A DNA stretch of 64,000 bases from positions 1 through 64,000 of the forward strand of contig NW_021834901.1 of assembly GCF_006345805.1 (NCBI RefSeq), written 5' to 3'. Below, piece after piece: positions 27,467 to 40,680 of this stretch. The notes beneath the pieces were generated by a model that saw only the letters and a list, made by a program, of their open reading frames with translations, made no database searches and was not told the origin of the DNA. Every line of letters starts with the position of its first letter. Positions within the stretch are counted from its first letter, which is position 1. The DNA comes from Octopus sinensis (taxonomy: Eukaryota). Position numbers and translations under genes: made by a program.

Positions 27467-29570
27467 CTTTCCCTCTCTCTTGTTCCACACTTTCATTTTC
27501 TCTCTCTTTTCTCTCTTTTACTTTCTCTCTTACTCTCTCTCTCTCTCTCTCTCCGTAATGCTATTTTTAGTGTGCTGGTGCTGCTTGTAGGAACTTTAAT
27601 CATTAATTAATGATGCCTTACCTTATGGCATTTTTTACGCATGCTTGCCACTTGATAATATTTAAGCAATAATATCTTATATATACATATATATATAGTA
27701 TATATACATATATATATATATATATAATATATTATATATATATATATATGCATTATATACACAGGTATGTATGATTGTGTATAGGAGAATATATTACTGA
27801 AAGAAATTCCAACTTTGATTTTCATGATTTATTTACAATCCTATAATAATATATGATAAGATAAGATAACATAATGAAGCGATAGAATATCAAATATCCA
27901 CTCTGATTGAACTAGTACTTTCATGCATTCTTCAAGTTGTATAAAAATAGTTATTGTCTGCATCATTCCAAAGAGAAATAAAGTCTCCATAAAGTGTAAA
28001 AGTTAGAAATAATTTGTATGGTGTTAGTAACAAAAATATTTTTTTAGAAATAGGATTATTATCATCGGTCTTAAATTTAATCTCGCCAGTGTAGATATGT
28101 GTGTGTATAAATATCAATTTTAAATATTTACAGGAAAGTAGCAAAAATTGATTTACATTTACAATGCCGGTTTCAAATATGACTTCAGTATTAATTTTTT
28201 ACAGAAATTAGAAAAGGTTTATCCACTTATCTGAATATTCTATTACCTCATGAAAGTTTATTGTCTCATTTTGCGGCTTGTATCGGATAAGAATACTGAC
28301 CGAAGTACACATTTGTTATAACCCGTTATGTGTTTTTTTAACGGCAGTGTCAGTATTTTCTGTCGATGTATGTTATTCGCTGTACTTTAATATCCGGAAA
28401 ATAAATCCATTTTCCAGAAATTCACCATTTCTACACGACGCAAAGTAATATAAGATGAGGTGATTTGCTTAAGAACGCAATACAATTCCCTTTACGGGGA
28501 TTGAAACCGGGATCTCGCTATCGCGAATGTAACACCGTTAACAGCGTGGTCATTCGCCTTGGACACCAATTATATTATTTAACATGTTATATGACATAGG
28601 TGGGACAGCATCCCAGAATCCTTCTTATCTACTAGGCGTTTTCCCGAAGCAACACCCACTGAGTTACATGGATCCCGAGGAAAATCTGAGCGTTACTCCT
28701 AAGTGATGTCTCTTGTCAGCTAACGATATGGCGTTGTATCATGTAATGATGAAGAAGTCTGACGCAGAAAATTGCGTTGTTGATGTGGTGATACAGTCTG
28801 AGAACGAGGCCAATTTTAGGTACCTATCTTTGTTTGTTTTTTTGTTGTTTACTTAGGGTGTTGTTGTCGACGTTGTTGTTTGCCCTGACTGATCGTAATT
28901 TTGCACAAAGGCATTCCAATTATACCCTACTATTATTTTTATTCAAACATTAGCAACCATGTCCTCCATTGTCTAAAATAAGAGTGTGTGATTGGAAAGA
29001 GATTTCGCAGGTATCTCAAGGTGTTTGATGGAAAACATTGTAAACATATCTGCGTCACAAGCCAATGTTTCCTGATTGAGTAAAGCTATGGTCAGAGGAC
29101 ATCCAGTCGTCATCTTCACACCATTTAGTTATATAGCATTGTCTCCGGTCTCTAGGTGAGCAGGATTTTCCATGAATTCAACTGCTTCAGCACACATGCA
29201 ACCAAAACCCATAGGGCACTTGTGTGTAGACTACTAAATACATGCTTCCACCACCTCAGATCTGAATGCTTCGCCATCTTCCCATCCCCGCCAGGACTTT
29301 CGAATGAAAAATAAGTTGTACAGTTTAAAAGTATAGAGCTTAAATTAAAAAGATAATATTAAACAAGAATATCCAAGCAACATAGTCGGCAATGCCTGTA
29401 CACAATGCCTGTACACAAATTTACAAATTGCTTTGCAGCGCTTCTGTCGGCTATTCGCGTTCTGAGTTCCTTTCCCGCCGAAGTCCCCTTTGCATTTCAT
29501 TTCTCAGAGGAGCTGAAGTCCAATTAGTCGACTGACCACTTCCCCCACAAAACAACAACCACTGGCATTC
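21771..29570. repeat. Segmental duplication copy of 1-7770
   Basis: Collinear match at an offset of ~21.8 kb; lacks the SINE at 6995. Confidence 0.95.
22760..23700 (-). pseudogene. Paralogous decayed R4/Dong RT fragments (shorter copy)
   Basis: Same sequence as 990-2130 with an internal segment missing near 23100-23130. Confidence 0.8.
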
Positions 29571-29787
29571 TACCTAAGCCAGAGTAAACATTATATGAGC
29601 GGCAATCTAGGATTTCAGGACAAAGAATTGCTACGCGGTGTTATATGTAATCATGTCTGGTTATATAAAAATGCATCGGGATATATATACATACACAAAC
29701 ACGAACAAATATATGTGCGTGTATGTGTGTGTGTGTAAGTGTACCTGTGTGTGTATGTGAATGTGAATGTGTGCAAATATGTACGTT

Positions 29788-29839
<52 letters not shown>

Positions 29840-32800
29840 GGCGTAAAGCCCGGTGAGTGATTTGGTAGACAGAAACTTAAAGAAGCCCGTCGTTTATATG
29901 TATATATATGTGCGTGTGTGTGTCTATATGTTTCTATGTGTTATTTTATTGGTCACTTTTGCCGATCCGCTATGTTAAGGGTGGGTGTTATGGTTGCTTG
30001 GAACCAAATGCTCACCGACAAATTATCGTCAGAAATTAAATAAGTTTTCTCCACTTATCTGAATATTCTATGGCCTCATATAAGTTTTTGATCGATTATT
30101 GGGATGGCGATATCTCATTTCTCTAGTTACTAAAATGCAAAACCGACGAATTTCCCTCCTTTCCCAGAATATATTTCAGTTGGTTGTAAATTATGCTTGT
30201 TGTTCACTGATGACAAGGCTATGATCAGAGGCGTTTCGGTCATGATCATCCCGTCGATTTACTTACTTCACAATATGTGTTGTGTTCTTTCCTTGGTTAA
30301 ATCGGTAGGGTGTGAGACAATTGAATATCATTGTCTCAAATGCTTACGATAGGGCTGATAGCGCAAATGTTCAAGTAATGGACATTCACTAGTCCTGAAA
30401 CCTACACCGACAATCATTATTCTAATACATCACATGATGTGGATGTTAATTTTTATAGATCTTTCCGAAATATAAGTCCGACCTTACTATCAAGATGAAG
30501 CATCAATTTATTAAATGACATCTAGGATTGAATTATTCTGCTACTAGCAGAAGAATGAAAGTGATATTCTACGTGGTTTACTCTGCATGTGTGTTAATAT
30601 ATTGTAACCTTCATGTACATGGGTTATCTCAAGTAAAACATAGCCTCGAATGTTTAGGACGTCCAGTTCACTCTGTGTAACTTGCCACAGGAGTCACACA
30701 GCAGATGCAGGTACAAGATGTTAAAGACTGTACTAATTCCTAAGTTGTTCACTTGAGCATCCGCATACCAATTATTATTATTCGATATACACAAAAAACT
30801 TTAGATTGTCTGAGTACGTTCGCGTATATATATATATATATATATAATATATATATGTATATATATATATATTTATATTAATGTATATATATATATTAAT
30901 GTATATGTGGGCGTCTATGTGCATCTGTGTGTGTGAGTACATGCACAAGTGTTCGGCTTTTAACATACACACACATACACACACACGCACACGATCACAC
31001 ATATTTGTATATATATATATATATAAAAATATTCATACGCATTCAGAGATCTACACACACATATAAATAGTGTATTCTCTTTAATTCTTTTACTTGTTTA
31101 AGTCATTTGACTGCGGCCTTGCTGGAGTACCACCTGAAAAGCGTTTAAGCCGAAGAGCCGAAGAAATTTACAGTTGGGCTTAGTTTTTGTAAGCCTGGTA
31201 CATATTTTATTCGTCGCTTTTGCCGAACAGCTATGTTAAGGCGGGAGTAAAAGACCTGCTCTCAAGCTGTGAACGGGTAGCAAACATAGTCACACAGACA
31301 CACACGCACAGGTAAACACACACACACACTCACACACGCGCGCGCGCGCACCACATATACACTCACAGACACACTCACACACACATATGTATATATATAT
31401 ATATAACGGACTTCCTTCGGGTACGTCTACAATACCCACCCACAAGTCTTTGCTCGGCCCGAGGCTATAGTAGAAGACATTTTCCCACTTTCCCTATAGT
31501 AGAAGACACTTTCCGTGGTTAATTCGGTAGGGTGTGAGACAATTGAATATCATTGACTCAAATGCTTACGATAGGGCTGATAGCGCAAACGTTCAAGTAA
31601 TGGACAATCATTAGTCCTGAAACCTACACCTGCAATCATTATTGTAATACATCACATGATGTGGATGTTAATTTTCATAGATCTCTCCGGAATATAAGTC
31701 CGACATTACAATTAATTTTTGCTTAGAAACTCTGTCTCCCTTTTCAGCTTCCTTTCAGCAACCATAACCATGTCTCAATATTACTATTTCCTGCAACTAT
31801 CTTTGCCAATCGACCATGCCATACATTCTCTTGTCAGTTAGATTATCTTCCTACTTTTTTTATTGTTTTAATTTCATTTGCCTTTTTCCTTTCCTATCTC
31901 CTACTATAAATCAGGCAAGTCATAAATTTTATTCACTATTATATATATCAATTCTAGCTAACTCTACGCTACTTTCTGCTGATATTAAACCGCTTCCACC
32001 TTCGTTATTCTAAGTAAGTGCAATCTTGCTCTTCGTAATCGAGGCTGAAGTCCTCCATTCATATCGAATTCCTTCCTTGTCCTTCTGTCAAGATTTGCAA
32101 ATTGAGATCTTTTCCAATCAACAAAATCTGCTGAATACCGAAGTAACCATACTTCCCAAAGTTTTTACAACCTTTACTAGATTTAGAACACTAAGCTTTC
32201 CCTTCATTAGCTTCTTCACCCTTCGAGTGTACTCCTTATCTATTCCATTGTTAGTACACTCTCAGATTCTAATACTCCGAAGCACTTATGATTCTCTGCC
32301 TTCAGTGATTTTACTCTCTTGCTATCTGGCCTTCACTGCTGACTACCTGTCCCCTTCTTATGACTTGTGTTGCGCACATATCTATGCCAAATTCCATGCC
32401 TATATCTTTGCTGAAGAGTCTTACAATTCGTATTAAGGAACCAAAAAGCTTCTAATCGTCCATCTTGAGCAAATGATTAATATTTCTTTAACATCTCTAA
32501 ACTGATACCCTGACTTTGCCTTTAGTAGTACTAAATTGACGACAGCTAAGCATAAGAACTATTAAAGAGGTAACGAGTCTCTGGAGAATTCCTCACCTGA
32601 TATTAACTTTTCCTAAGACACAGTGTCACCTGAGTAGAGATATAATTTCCAATTCTTTACACTATAGCTGTAACTAATTAAGTCTCTTGTGTTGTCTGCA
32701 ACACTGAATATACTCAAAATTCACTTATCCGTGAGTGTTGAATCATGCCAATGATTTTTATACCGTTGAAGTTTGCATTCTCGATTTTAGAACTGCTTTC

Positions 32801-35050
32801 TCTGTGTGTAATAGATCGTGCGTTCCTCAACCTTCTTTCTGCAAACATTTCAGTTTTTCTGGTAACAATTTCTTGTTGGTCAAGTTGCTTCTAAATGTTT
32901 TCTGTGTGAATTCATGTTAAAGTCTCTACATTGGGAAATTGCCTGGTTTTTGTCTATTTTGGCTTTTATGTAGTTAGTTATGAATGCCTGATCGTGTGCA
33001 GTTGCTTACAGACAATTTCTCCCTTTTCATTTTCCTTTCTGAAACCATATTAGTCTGTAAGTGTCCCTTGGCTTTTCTTTCTGTACCCTTTCTGTTCCAC
33101 TGGTGCTTTGTAATTTATTTCCAGGAAATCATACACCTAATTAGATATTATTCCTGTCATCAGCTTCCACATGAGGGGCAAACAGGTGATAGGCCGGTGA
33201 TTATCCACTGCATTGCTTTGTTGGGATTCTTTTGGCAAAGAATTGTTTGACTTTTGGTCAGCCTCTTTGGGATTTGTACCCCGTTGTTGTTCATTTTATA
33301 TATTTGGTTGGCTATTCTTCTGTGTAGTGCTGGGGAAATTTTCAGCCAATATCCTTGTACAGTATCCGGTCCTGGGTATTTCCAGTTTGGCGATTTAATC
33401 ACTCTGGCCCACATTGGTAGTCAAATATACAATAAGGCGACTGGCGTTTATACATCTGCCTTTTCTCATCCTTACTTACTAAAAACATCCCTCCTCACTT
33501 CTCCCTTCTACTCACTTAATTAAATTTAACTCTCTATAATAATATACGATGACTATGCGAGAATTTGTATGTGGTGTGTCTGTGCGTGCAAACAGACATT
33601 TATCTGTCCATTTCTAAACTCATACGTATGGATGTGTATGTATTTTCGCGTAATTGTGTGTATCTGACTGTGTGTATATCAACGGGAATATGCCACTGCA
33701 TATGTGTGTGTGTCTGTGTGTGTTTGCATATGTTAGTGCGTGTGTGTATGTGTATGTCTCTCTGTGTATGTATGTGTGTGTATACATGCATCCCCTTAAC
33801 CCCCAAGTCAAACACCCCTCACTATATAGACTAATCTCTATATACTCTCATATATTTCTCATTCGCCCAATAATAGACTCTTCCAAGGCCTTCCAAATCT
33901 GATTCAATTTCTATTCAAAGATGCAACTGATAACTTCCATTATCCTTTGCCAGCGACTTTCCTGGAAACTTTACTAACTCTTCGATCACGAAAATACCAA
34001 ACACATTTATCTGTGTTGGTGTGCTTACGTCACTGTAACATAGCGGTTCGGTAAAAGAGACCGATAGAATAAGTTCTAGGCTTACAAATATTAAGTCCTA
34101 GGGTCGATTTGTTCGAATGAAGGCGGAGCTCCAACATGGCTGCAGTCAAATGACTGAAACAAGTAAAAGAATAGTCACGATGGGCTTCTTTCAGTTTCCA
34201 TCGACCAAATCCGCTTATGAAGATTTTGAGAGTCCAATGGCTACGGTAGAAGACATGTGCGTGGTGAGCCACGCAGTGGAAATGAACCCGAATCTAGATT
34301 TGGAAGCAAGCATCTAACCACACAGCCGCGCCTAAACATGCCCCCCTACACAGATTCAATCCAAGGAAACACGCATAAAGATGAAACACTCTCCAAGCCG
34401 TTCACTTTATAATTTGTTAAAACCATTAACATGGTGTCCATTAGTTAGTAATGCTGTGTTTTGTTTTATTTCTCCTACACATTGATTCCAAATTTTGGCA
34501 CAACACCAGCAATTTCGGGAGAGGGAGTAAGTTGATTGCATCGACCCCAGTACTTAACTGATATTGATTTCATCGACCCCGAAAGGATAAAAGGCAAAGA
34601 CAACCTCGGCGGAATATTTCTACTTAATATTTAATATTATTTCGTTCATGCATTTTTGAAATTGGGTGTTAAAACAGAAATTCTCCTATTTGGAGATGGT
34701 CGTCTGTTGCCAATGAAAACACACGCAATATATATTTGATCTTCACTTTTTTATTATGTTGTTGTCGTTGTTGTTGTTGTTATTATTGGTACGCCGGGCG
34801 AAACGCTTAGAAGTATTTCGTTTCCCCGAAGGCGGTGAGCTGGCAGAAACGTTAGCACGTCAGGCGAAATGCTTAGAAGGATTTCGTCTGTGGTTATGTT
34901 CTGAGTTCTAATTCCGCCGAGGTTGACTTTGCCTTTCATCATTTCGATGTCTATAAATTAAATACCAGTTCTGTACTAGGGGCTATGTAATCGACTAACT
35001 CACTCCCAAAAAGATTTCAGGCCTTGTGCCTATAGTTGGAACGACTGTTA
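29570..35050. repeat. Further, more diverged segmental copy (29570-31490 matches 18130-19990; 31510-35050 matches ~500-4510)
   Basis: Collinear anchors; deletion junction at ~31490-31515; homology ends in the (ATT)n array. Confidence 0.9.
32000..33470 (-). pseudogene. Paralogous decayed R4/Dong RT fragments (longest copy, keeps the catalytic block)
   Basis: ORF 33160-33414 SPNWKYPGPDTVQGYWLK; minus reading near 32380-32490 gives INHLLKMDD*KLF..LFSKDIGMEFGID. Confidence 0.85.
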
Positions 35051-35095
35051 TTATTGTTATTATTATTATTGTGAATGTGATTATTATTATTATTA

Positions 35096-35150
<55 letters not shown>

Positions 35151-35151
<1 letters not shown>

Positions 35152-35459
35152 TATGTTTGACTTTTGCTTTATGTCTGTACAAGTTGGCTCCAAGTCTCAC
35201 CCAGAGACCTCAAGAGACAACAGGTTGGAGGTTCTGTGCCCATTTTTGGCACGGGTTTTCATGCGCCTAGCTTTTTCTGTGCTGTGTTTCTTGTATGCCT
35301 ATCTCTAATTCCAAAATTGGTTGTATTCGGAATTCCCTTAGATATTCCTTTGCCTGTTTGTTACTGAGTATGATGCTTTCTTGTTTTCATGTTTGAGACA
35401 AGTTTAACATCCAGTCCTCAGAGTTTTCAGTAGGTGTCTAGGCCAATTATAGCTAATCT

Positions 35460-35461
<2 letters not shown>
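35151..35461 (-). mobile_element. Short Dong-like derivative flanked by (ATT)n on both sides
   Basis: Across frameshifts the minus strand reads KLAIIGLDTY..EDWMLNLV..HENKKASYSVT..AKEYLREF, similar to the post-RT region of the long element (DWMIKLVENHERRKKLHSIIKESKKF), then ends in (TAA)n. Confidence 0.65.
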
Positions 35462-35509
<48 letters not shown>

Positions 35510-36062
35510 GAGTGAGAGAGCAGTACATGCCATCAAAGTGATACTGGGGTAAAATATACGAAGCCCAATATACCCATCATGACTACCCGTCTGATAAGGG
35601 TACACCAGGCATATGCATCACAAGCATATGTGCGCAACATGCTGATCTCATATCAAGATAAACAGTGCATGACCTTGCAGGTGGGACCCAGTTAGAATTT
35701 TCTTCTGGTCGAGTAACCCATCCCACTCAAAAGGTCCCTGAATAAGGATTTTTTAAGGATGTTGAACAAACCACCCATGTTTCCAAAAGTGAATTAGCCA
35801 AACCTCTAAAAATTCCTTTCAGCATACGGCTATGATGCTCTCCCACTACTTCTGATCATGATCAGAGATGCACATATCGTCGGCCACTAAGGGACATGCT
35901 CAACTGGTTAAGGTCAAACAACTGACAAGCAAATCTGTGGTATTGAGCAGAATATTTGCTGTAGCCCATCTTTTATACCAAGACAAAACAATGTACATGA
36001 TAACACTTCCAATCAGTTAAGATCAGCAGCCATGAGAGCCACTGCCTGGTACTGCATCAGGA
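35510..36062 (-). mobile_element. ~550-bp non-coding interspersed element ending in (TAA)n
   Basis: Bounded by (ATT)n at 35462-35509 and ~36064-36081; no ORF; same polarity as its neighbours. Confidence 0.55.
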
Positions 36063-36081
36063 CATTTATTATTATTATTAT

Positions 36082-39000
36082 TGTTTGTTTTTTTTTCTTC
36101 TTTCAAATTTGCTTCCATTTCTTGCCGGGTGTCTTCCGGACTCCTAGGGCAAAGAAACTCATAGTATACGTTGGTAGGCCATTAAACCAAACTCAATAGT
36201 TCGTTCATTTTTTTTTTTTAAATTATAATACATGAGCAGCAACAGTTCTCACATCGACAATGCTCTTCTCAATACGTGTGATGTACCAGTTAAGACAATC
36301 TTTTGCACTTCTTGCAGGGATGGTAAGCCAGGGATCATTCTCATAATTTTCGGTTCCCTTCTTGATCATTCCTAGTGCTCCTACGATCACTGGTATTGTG
36401 ACCGCCTTGAGATGCCACATTTTCTCAATTTCAATGAGTAGGTCTTTATATTTTCTGAGCTTGTCAAACTCTTTCGCTGAGATATTATGATCACAGGGGA
36501 TGCTCATGTCGATCAATAAGCAAACTTTATTGTTTTGGTCTTTCACAACAATATCTGGTTTATTGGCTTTGATGGCTCGGTCTGTATGTACTGGAAAGTC
36601 CCACAGAATGGTTACATTTTCTCCTTCAGTTACAGCCTCAGGGTGGTGATTATACCACTTGTCGGCAGTTTTGATATTGCAATGCCGACTTATTAGCCAG
36701 CGGAGATATTGGCCAACTATGTCATGTCTTAATTTATACTCCACTGGTGCTAAGACTTTACATCCAGAGATAAGGTGGTCCACTGTTTCAATCATGTCGT
36801 TGCAGAATCGGCATTTTGGGTCTGCTCCATTTTTCATCACATTGGCCTGGTAGTTCCGGGTTAATAGTCTTTGATCTTGAGCAGCCAGGATGAAACCTTC
36901 GCTCTCTGCTTTTAGCCCTGAGCTCCGTAGCCACTGATGGGTTTGCTTCTGGTCAACTTCAGCTTGTTTGCTGCGGGTCACATATTTGCCGTGCAGAGGT
37001 TTCTCCTCCCACCTATCAGCCAATTGCTCGTGCGCTTTTTTCGTTGCCATCATTTTCACCTTCTTTGCAACAATAGTTGCCGTACTTCCCTCGGGCTGTT
37101 CAGTTTGGGTATCCTGCACGAGATCAATAGCAAATTTTTTGCTTTCCTTTATAATAGAATGAAGCTTCTTTCGTCTCTCGTGATTTTCCACGAGCTTTAT
37201 CATCCAGTCATTCGATATTTCGAGATATTTGGCCAGTCCAATTGTGGTTGTTTTGTAAGCTAGTTCAAATTGGATCAGGCCTCGACCTCCTTGGGCTCTG
37301 GGAAGGTAAAGGCGATCTACGTCTGCCTATGGGTGGTGCATCCTATTACAACTCAGCAGCTTGCGTATTTTCCTATCTATATTCTTTACTTCACTCATAT
37401 TCCAGTTCAACACATTGTAGCTATAAGTAACAACTGGAACTGCTAAGGAATTTATAGCTAACACCTTGTTACGTGCATTTAGTTCAGATTTCAGGACTGC
37501 ACGAACTCTCCTATAACATTCCTTCCTGATCTTCTCTTTCATGCTTGCATGCTGAATACCAGAGCCTTCATTTATCCCTAAATATTTGTATGTTTGTTCT
37601 TGCTCAAGCTCTCTTATGACTGTGTCAACATCTAACACGACTGAATTTGTGGTCTTCACTTTCCCTTTCTGGAAAGTGGCCTTGGCACACTTCTCAAGTC
37701 CAAACTCCATCCCGATGTCATCGCTGAATGCTTTCACGGTGCGCAATAGGCCTTCAAGTTCATTATTGTCTTTACCATAAAGTTTTAAGTCATCCATATA
37801 AAATAGATGGCTTATTTTTTTATTGGTAATTTTATACCCATACTCTGTTCTGTTTAATTCACTTGTAAGGGGTATTAGGGCTATGCAGAATATTAAAGGT
37901 GAAAGTGAGTCACCTTGAAAAATTCCACAGTTGATGTTTATATTTTCTGAGGCAAGTACTCCATTAGAGTGGTATAATTGGAGATTCGTATTCCACAACG
38001 ACATATTGTGCTTCAGGAAGTTTGAAATCACAGGGGAAATTTTGAAGATGTCCAGCGATCTCAAGATCCATGGATGCGGTATACTGTCGAAGGCCTTTTT
38101 ATAGTCAATCCATGCGGTGCTGAGATTTCTGCGCTTGTTGTGACAGTTCTCAAGGATCATACGATTGATTAGCAGTTGATCTTTGCATCCGTAAGAGCCT
38201 CGGCGGCACCCTTTTTGTTCAATGGGGAAAATATCGTTTTTCTCCATGAATGCATATGTTTTCTCCGCCAGGATAGATGTTAGGATTTTATACGTGGTGG
38301 ATAGACAGGTTATAGGCCGATAGTTTTTTGGAAGGTTGGTTTCGTTATTCTTTGGGAGTAGGTAAGTAATGCCACTTGCTAACCATTCAGGTGTTTTCTT
38401 TGGGTCTCTCATAATTCCATTGAGCAGCTGAACTAGCTTACCGTGTGCGCATGGGAGCGATGCGAGCCAGAAATTCGGCACCCTATCTTTACCGGGGGAT
38501 TTCCAATTATGGGCCTTCGTGAGTGCCTTTCTTAGGTCTGCTATTGTGATGTCTTCCCATGCTTGTTGTAAATTTTGGTAGGATCCTTCAGTTTGTATAA
38601 TCCAGTCTGCATTTATGTTGTACGTCTTCTTGTCACTCCAAATCCTTTTCCAAAAGTTTTGAACTTCTTCCATGGGAGGGGGGTCTTTAACGGTTACTTT
38701 CTCCTTCCCTATTTCTCTGTAGAATTGTTTGGCATTGGATCTGAACAGCTTATTTTGCTTGTAAAACTTGTTTCTCTTCTCAAATCTTCGTATTCTTTGG
38801 GCTTTTGCTTGGACCTTTTGTTTCAGCGTTTCTTTTATTGATATCAGTTCTTCTCTTGGTGAGGATCCAAATTTTCTCTTCATCTTTCTTCCTGTTCTGG
38901 ATCTTACATCATTTCCACATATTAGTTCATTTAATATTGATATTTCCCCTCTCATAAATTCATTCTCTTTTTCAATTTTACTTCTTCAGGTTTGATTTCT

Positions 39001-40042
39001 TCCCAGGTTTTGTTTTCTTTGTTTTTTCGGGGGGCATACAGCTGGTTTCAATTGCCCTAGCAGAAGCGTAAATAATTTCATTTAACTCAGTAAAATCAGG
39101 TTTTAATTCTCGTATTATTTCATTTGTTACATAGTTGCCAATTTGGATTTGTTTTTTATTTTGGTTTGTATTTGAGAGTTTATGAAGCGGTTCTCTATCA
39201 TTCATACTTGTATGTCTTACAACTTCAAGCGTATTCAGGATTTTCTGCCTCATTTCTGCTATAGACTCTCTGTGTTCTTCAGCAATGCGAGATCTTCAGT
39301 TACTGTTGTTCTTTCGTTTTCCTGGCTATCTTTAACAGGTACAATAGAATTTCTTGTATCTTCAGGCCTTTGCGTACTTTGGTCAGATGGCAGTCTTTCA
39401 ATTAAGCCTCGTGGCGGCTATACTGTTCATCTGATTCTTCATTTCCTTTGTGTCTTATATTTATGTCATTTTCCGTTGTGTGCTTGATCGCGCTTATTTC
39501 ACTGTCTGTGAGTCTGTTATTTCTAAAGATATCCCTCCTCACATTTGCTAATTTGTTCTCGTCCAAATAGGGCCTACTGTCTTGATTCCGTGTTCTCCAT
39601 ATACTGTAAGAGTTTGCGGTGTGTCTCTCTTGAGATGGCCTACCTAATGCATAGTAATAAGCGTATATTACTTCTTTATACTCTTCTCGGGTCCATTTGT
39701 TCCGCTTACATTTTTCTTTCTGTGGTGGTTGTGGTGGTGAACTTGGAGGGCTCGAGTTGGGGGATTTCCAGTTCAAGTGACCATCCATGTCCGTATTCGG
39801 AGAAGAGTTTGTGCCAGTTGATGACTTTTCGATCCCAGGCTGGCTCTTCCCTGGGGGACGCGCTTCCAGATTAACCATAGGACAAGCGATTTGGTATACT
39901 GATTTAGTTTTCCTTTTAGTTTCCAAAAACATTTTGGTGCTACGATAATGTTATCATTTTTTAGCTTTGATTGGCTCGTGGGGAGACGGCCATCATTGCC
40001 GTTACAATTATAATCGTACCATTATAGCAGCCGTAGTCGGCT
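36082..40042 (-). mobile_element. Near full-length R4/Dong-clade non-LTR retrotransposon inserted in (TAA)n
   Basis: Single-ORF architecture: N-terminal domain, RT, CCHC, restriction-like endonuclease. 3' UTR ends in (TAA)n; ATT-type repeats follow position 40042. Confidence 0.93.
36249..39932 (-). CDS. Dong/R4-type polyprotein (Myb-like domain, RT, zinc knuckle, RLE), split by about four frameshifts
   Basis: ORFs 39402-39932 (KWTREEYKEVIYAYY), 38978-39253, 37327-38955 (YRPITCL, WIDYKKAFDSIPH, GIFQGDSLSP, YMDDLKLY) and 36223-37203 (CRFC..HLISGC, RHD, KPDIVV..LIDMSIP). The true C-terminus is probably IPGLPSLQEVQKIVLTGTSHVLRRALSM* ending at 36249. Confidence 0.9.
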
Positions 40043-40518
40043 TATTATTGTTATTATCATCACCATTACCATCACTATCATCATTATCGCCACCATTACC
40101 ATCATCATTATCATCATCACCATCACCATCACCACCATCATCATCAATGATATTGTTTTATGTGTAGTCATAGCAGTATCTTATTATTGTTACTTTTGTT
40201 TTTTTTTTATCATTATCACCATCACAGTAGTGTCTGTCTGTCTCGTTGGCTGGCTTGGTGGTTGGCTGGCTGACTGTCTTTTTTTTTTTCTTTTAATTGT
40301 GGTCCTATCGGTCAAAAAAAGTTCAGATGTTTACTACTATTAGGCTTAAGAAAAATTAAGGAAGGGCGGTTCTGTATTGTTTGTGAATAGAGAAGTTGTG
40401 TTCGACCAGAGAGAATCGTAGCATCATCATTTTTTTTTTTCCACGTGCGTTTGTGTTATTGTAATAAAAAGTGTTTGTATATTTCCTGTAAGGTAATATT
40501 GTGGAGGTTGAAGTTGAC

Positions 40519-40562
<44 letters not shown>

Positions 40563-40581
40563 GTTATTATTATTATTATTC

Positions 40582-40680
40582 ATGTCACTGCCTGGAATCG
40601 AAGTCTGAATGTTGGGGTTAGTAGCCCGCGCTCTTAACCACTATGCCATATTCCCGTGTGCATATGGCATAGTGATTAAG
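40582..40680 (-). mobile_element. tRNA-like SINE head with a short fold-back
   Basis: Minus reads ggcatagtggttaagagcgcgggctact..ttcgattccaggcagtgac; cttaaccactatgccatat pairs with atatggcatagtgattaag. Confidence 0.6.
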
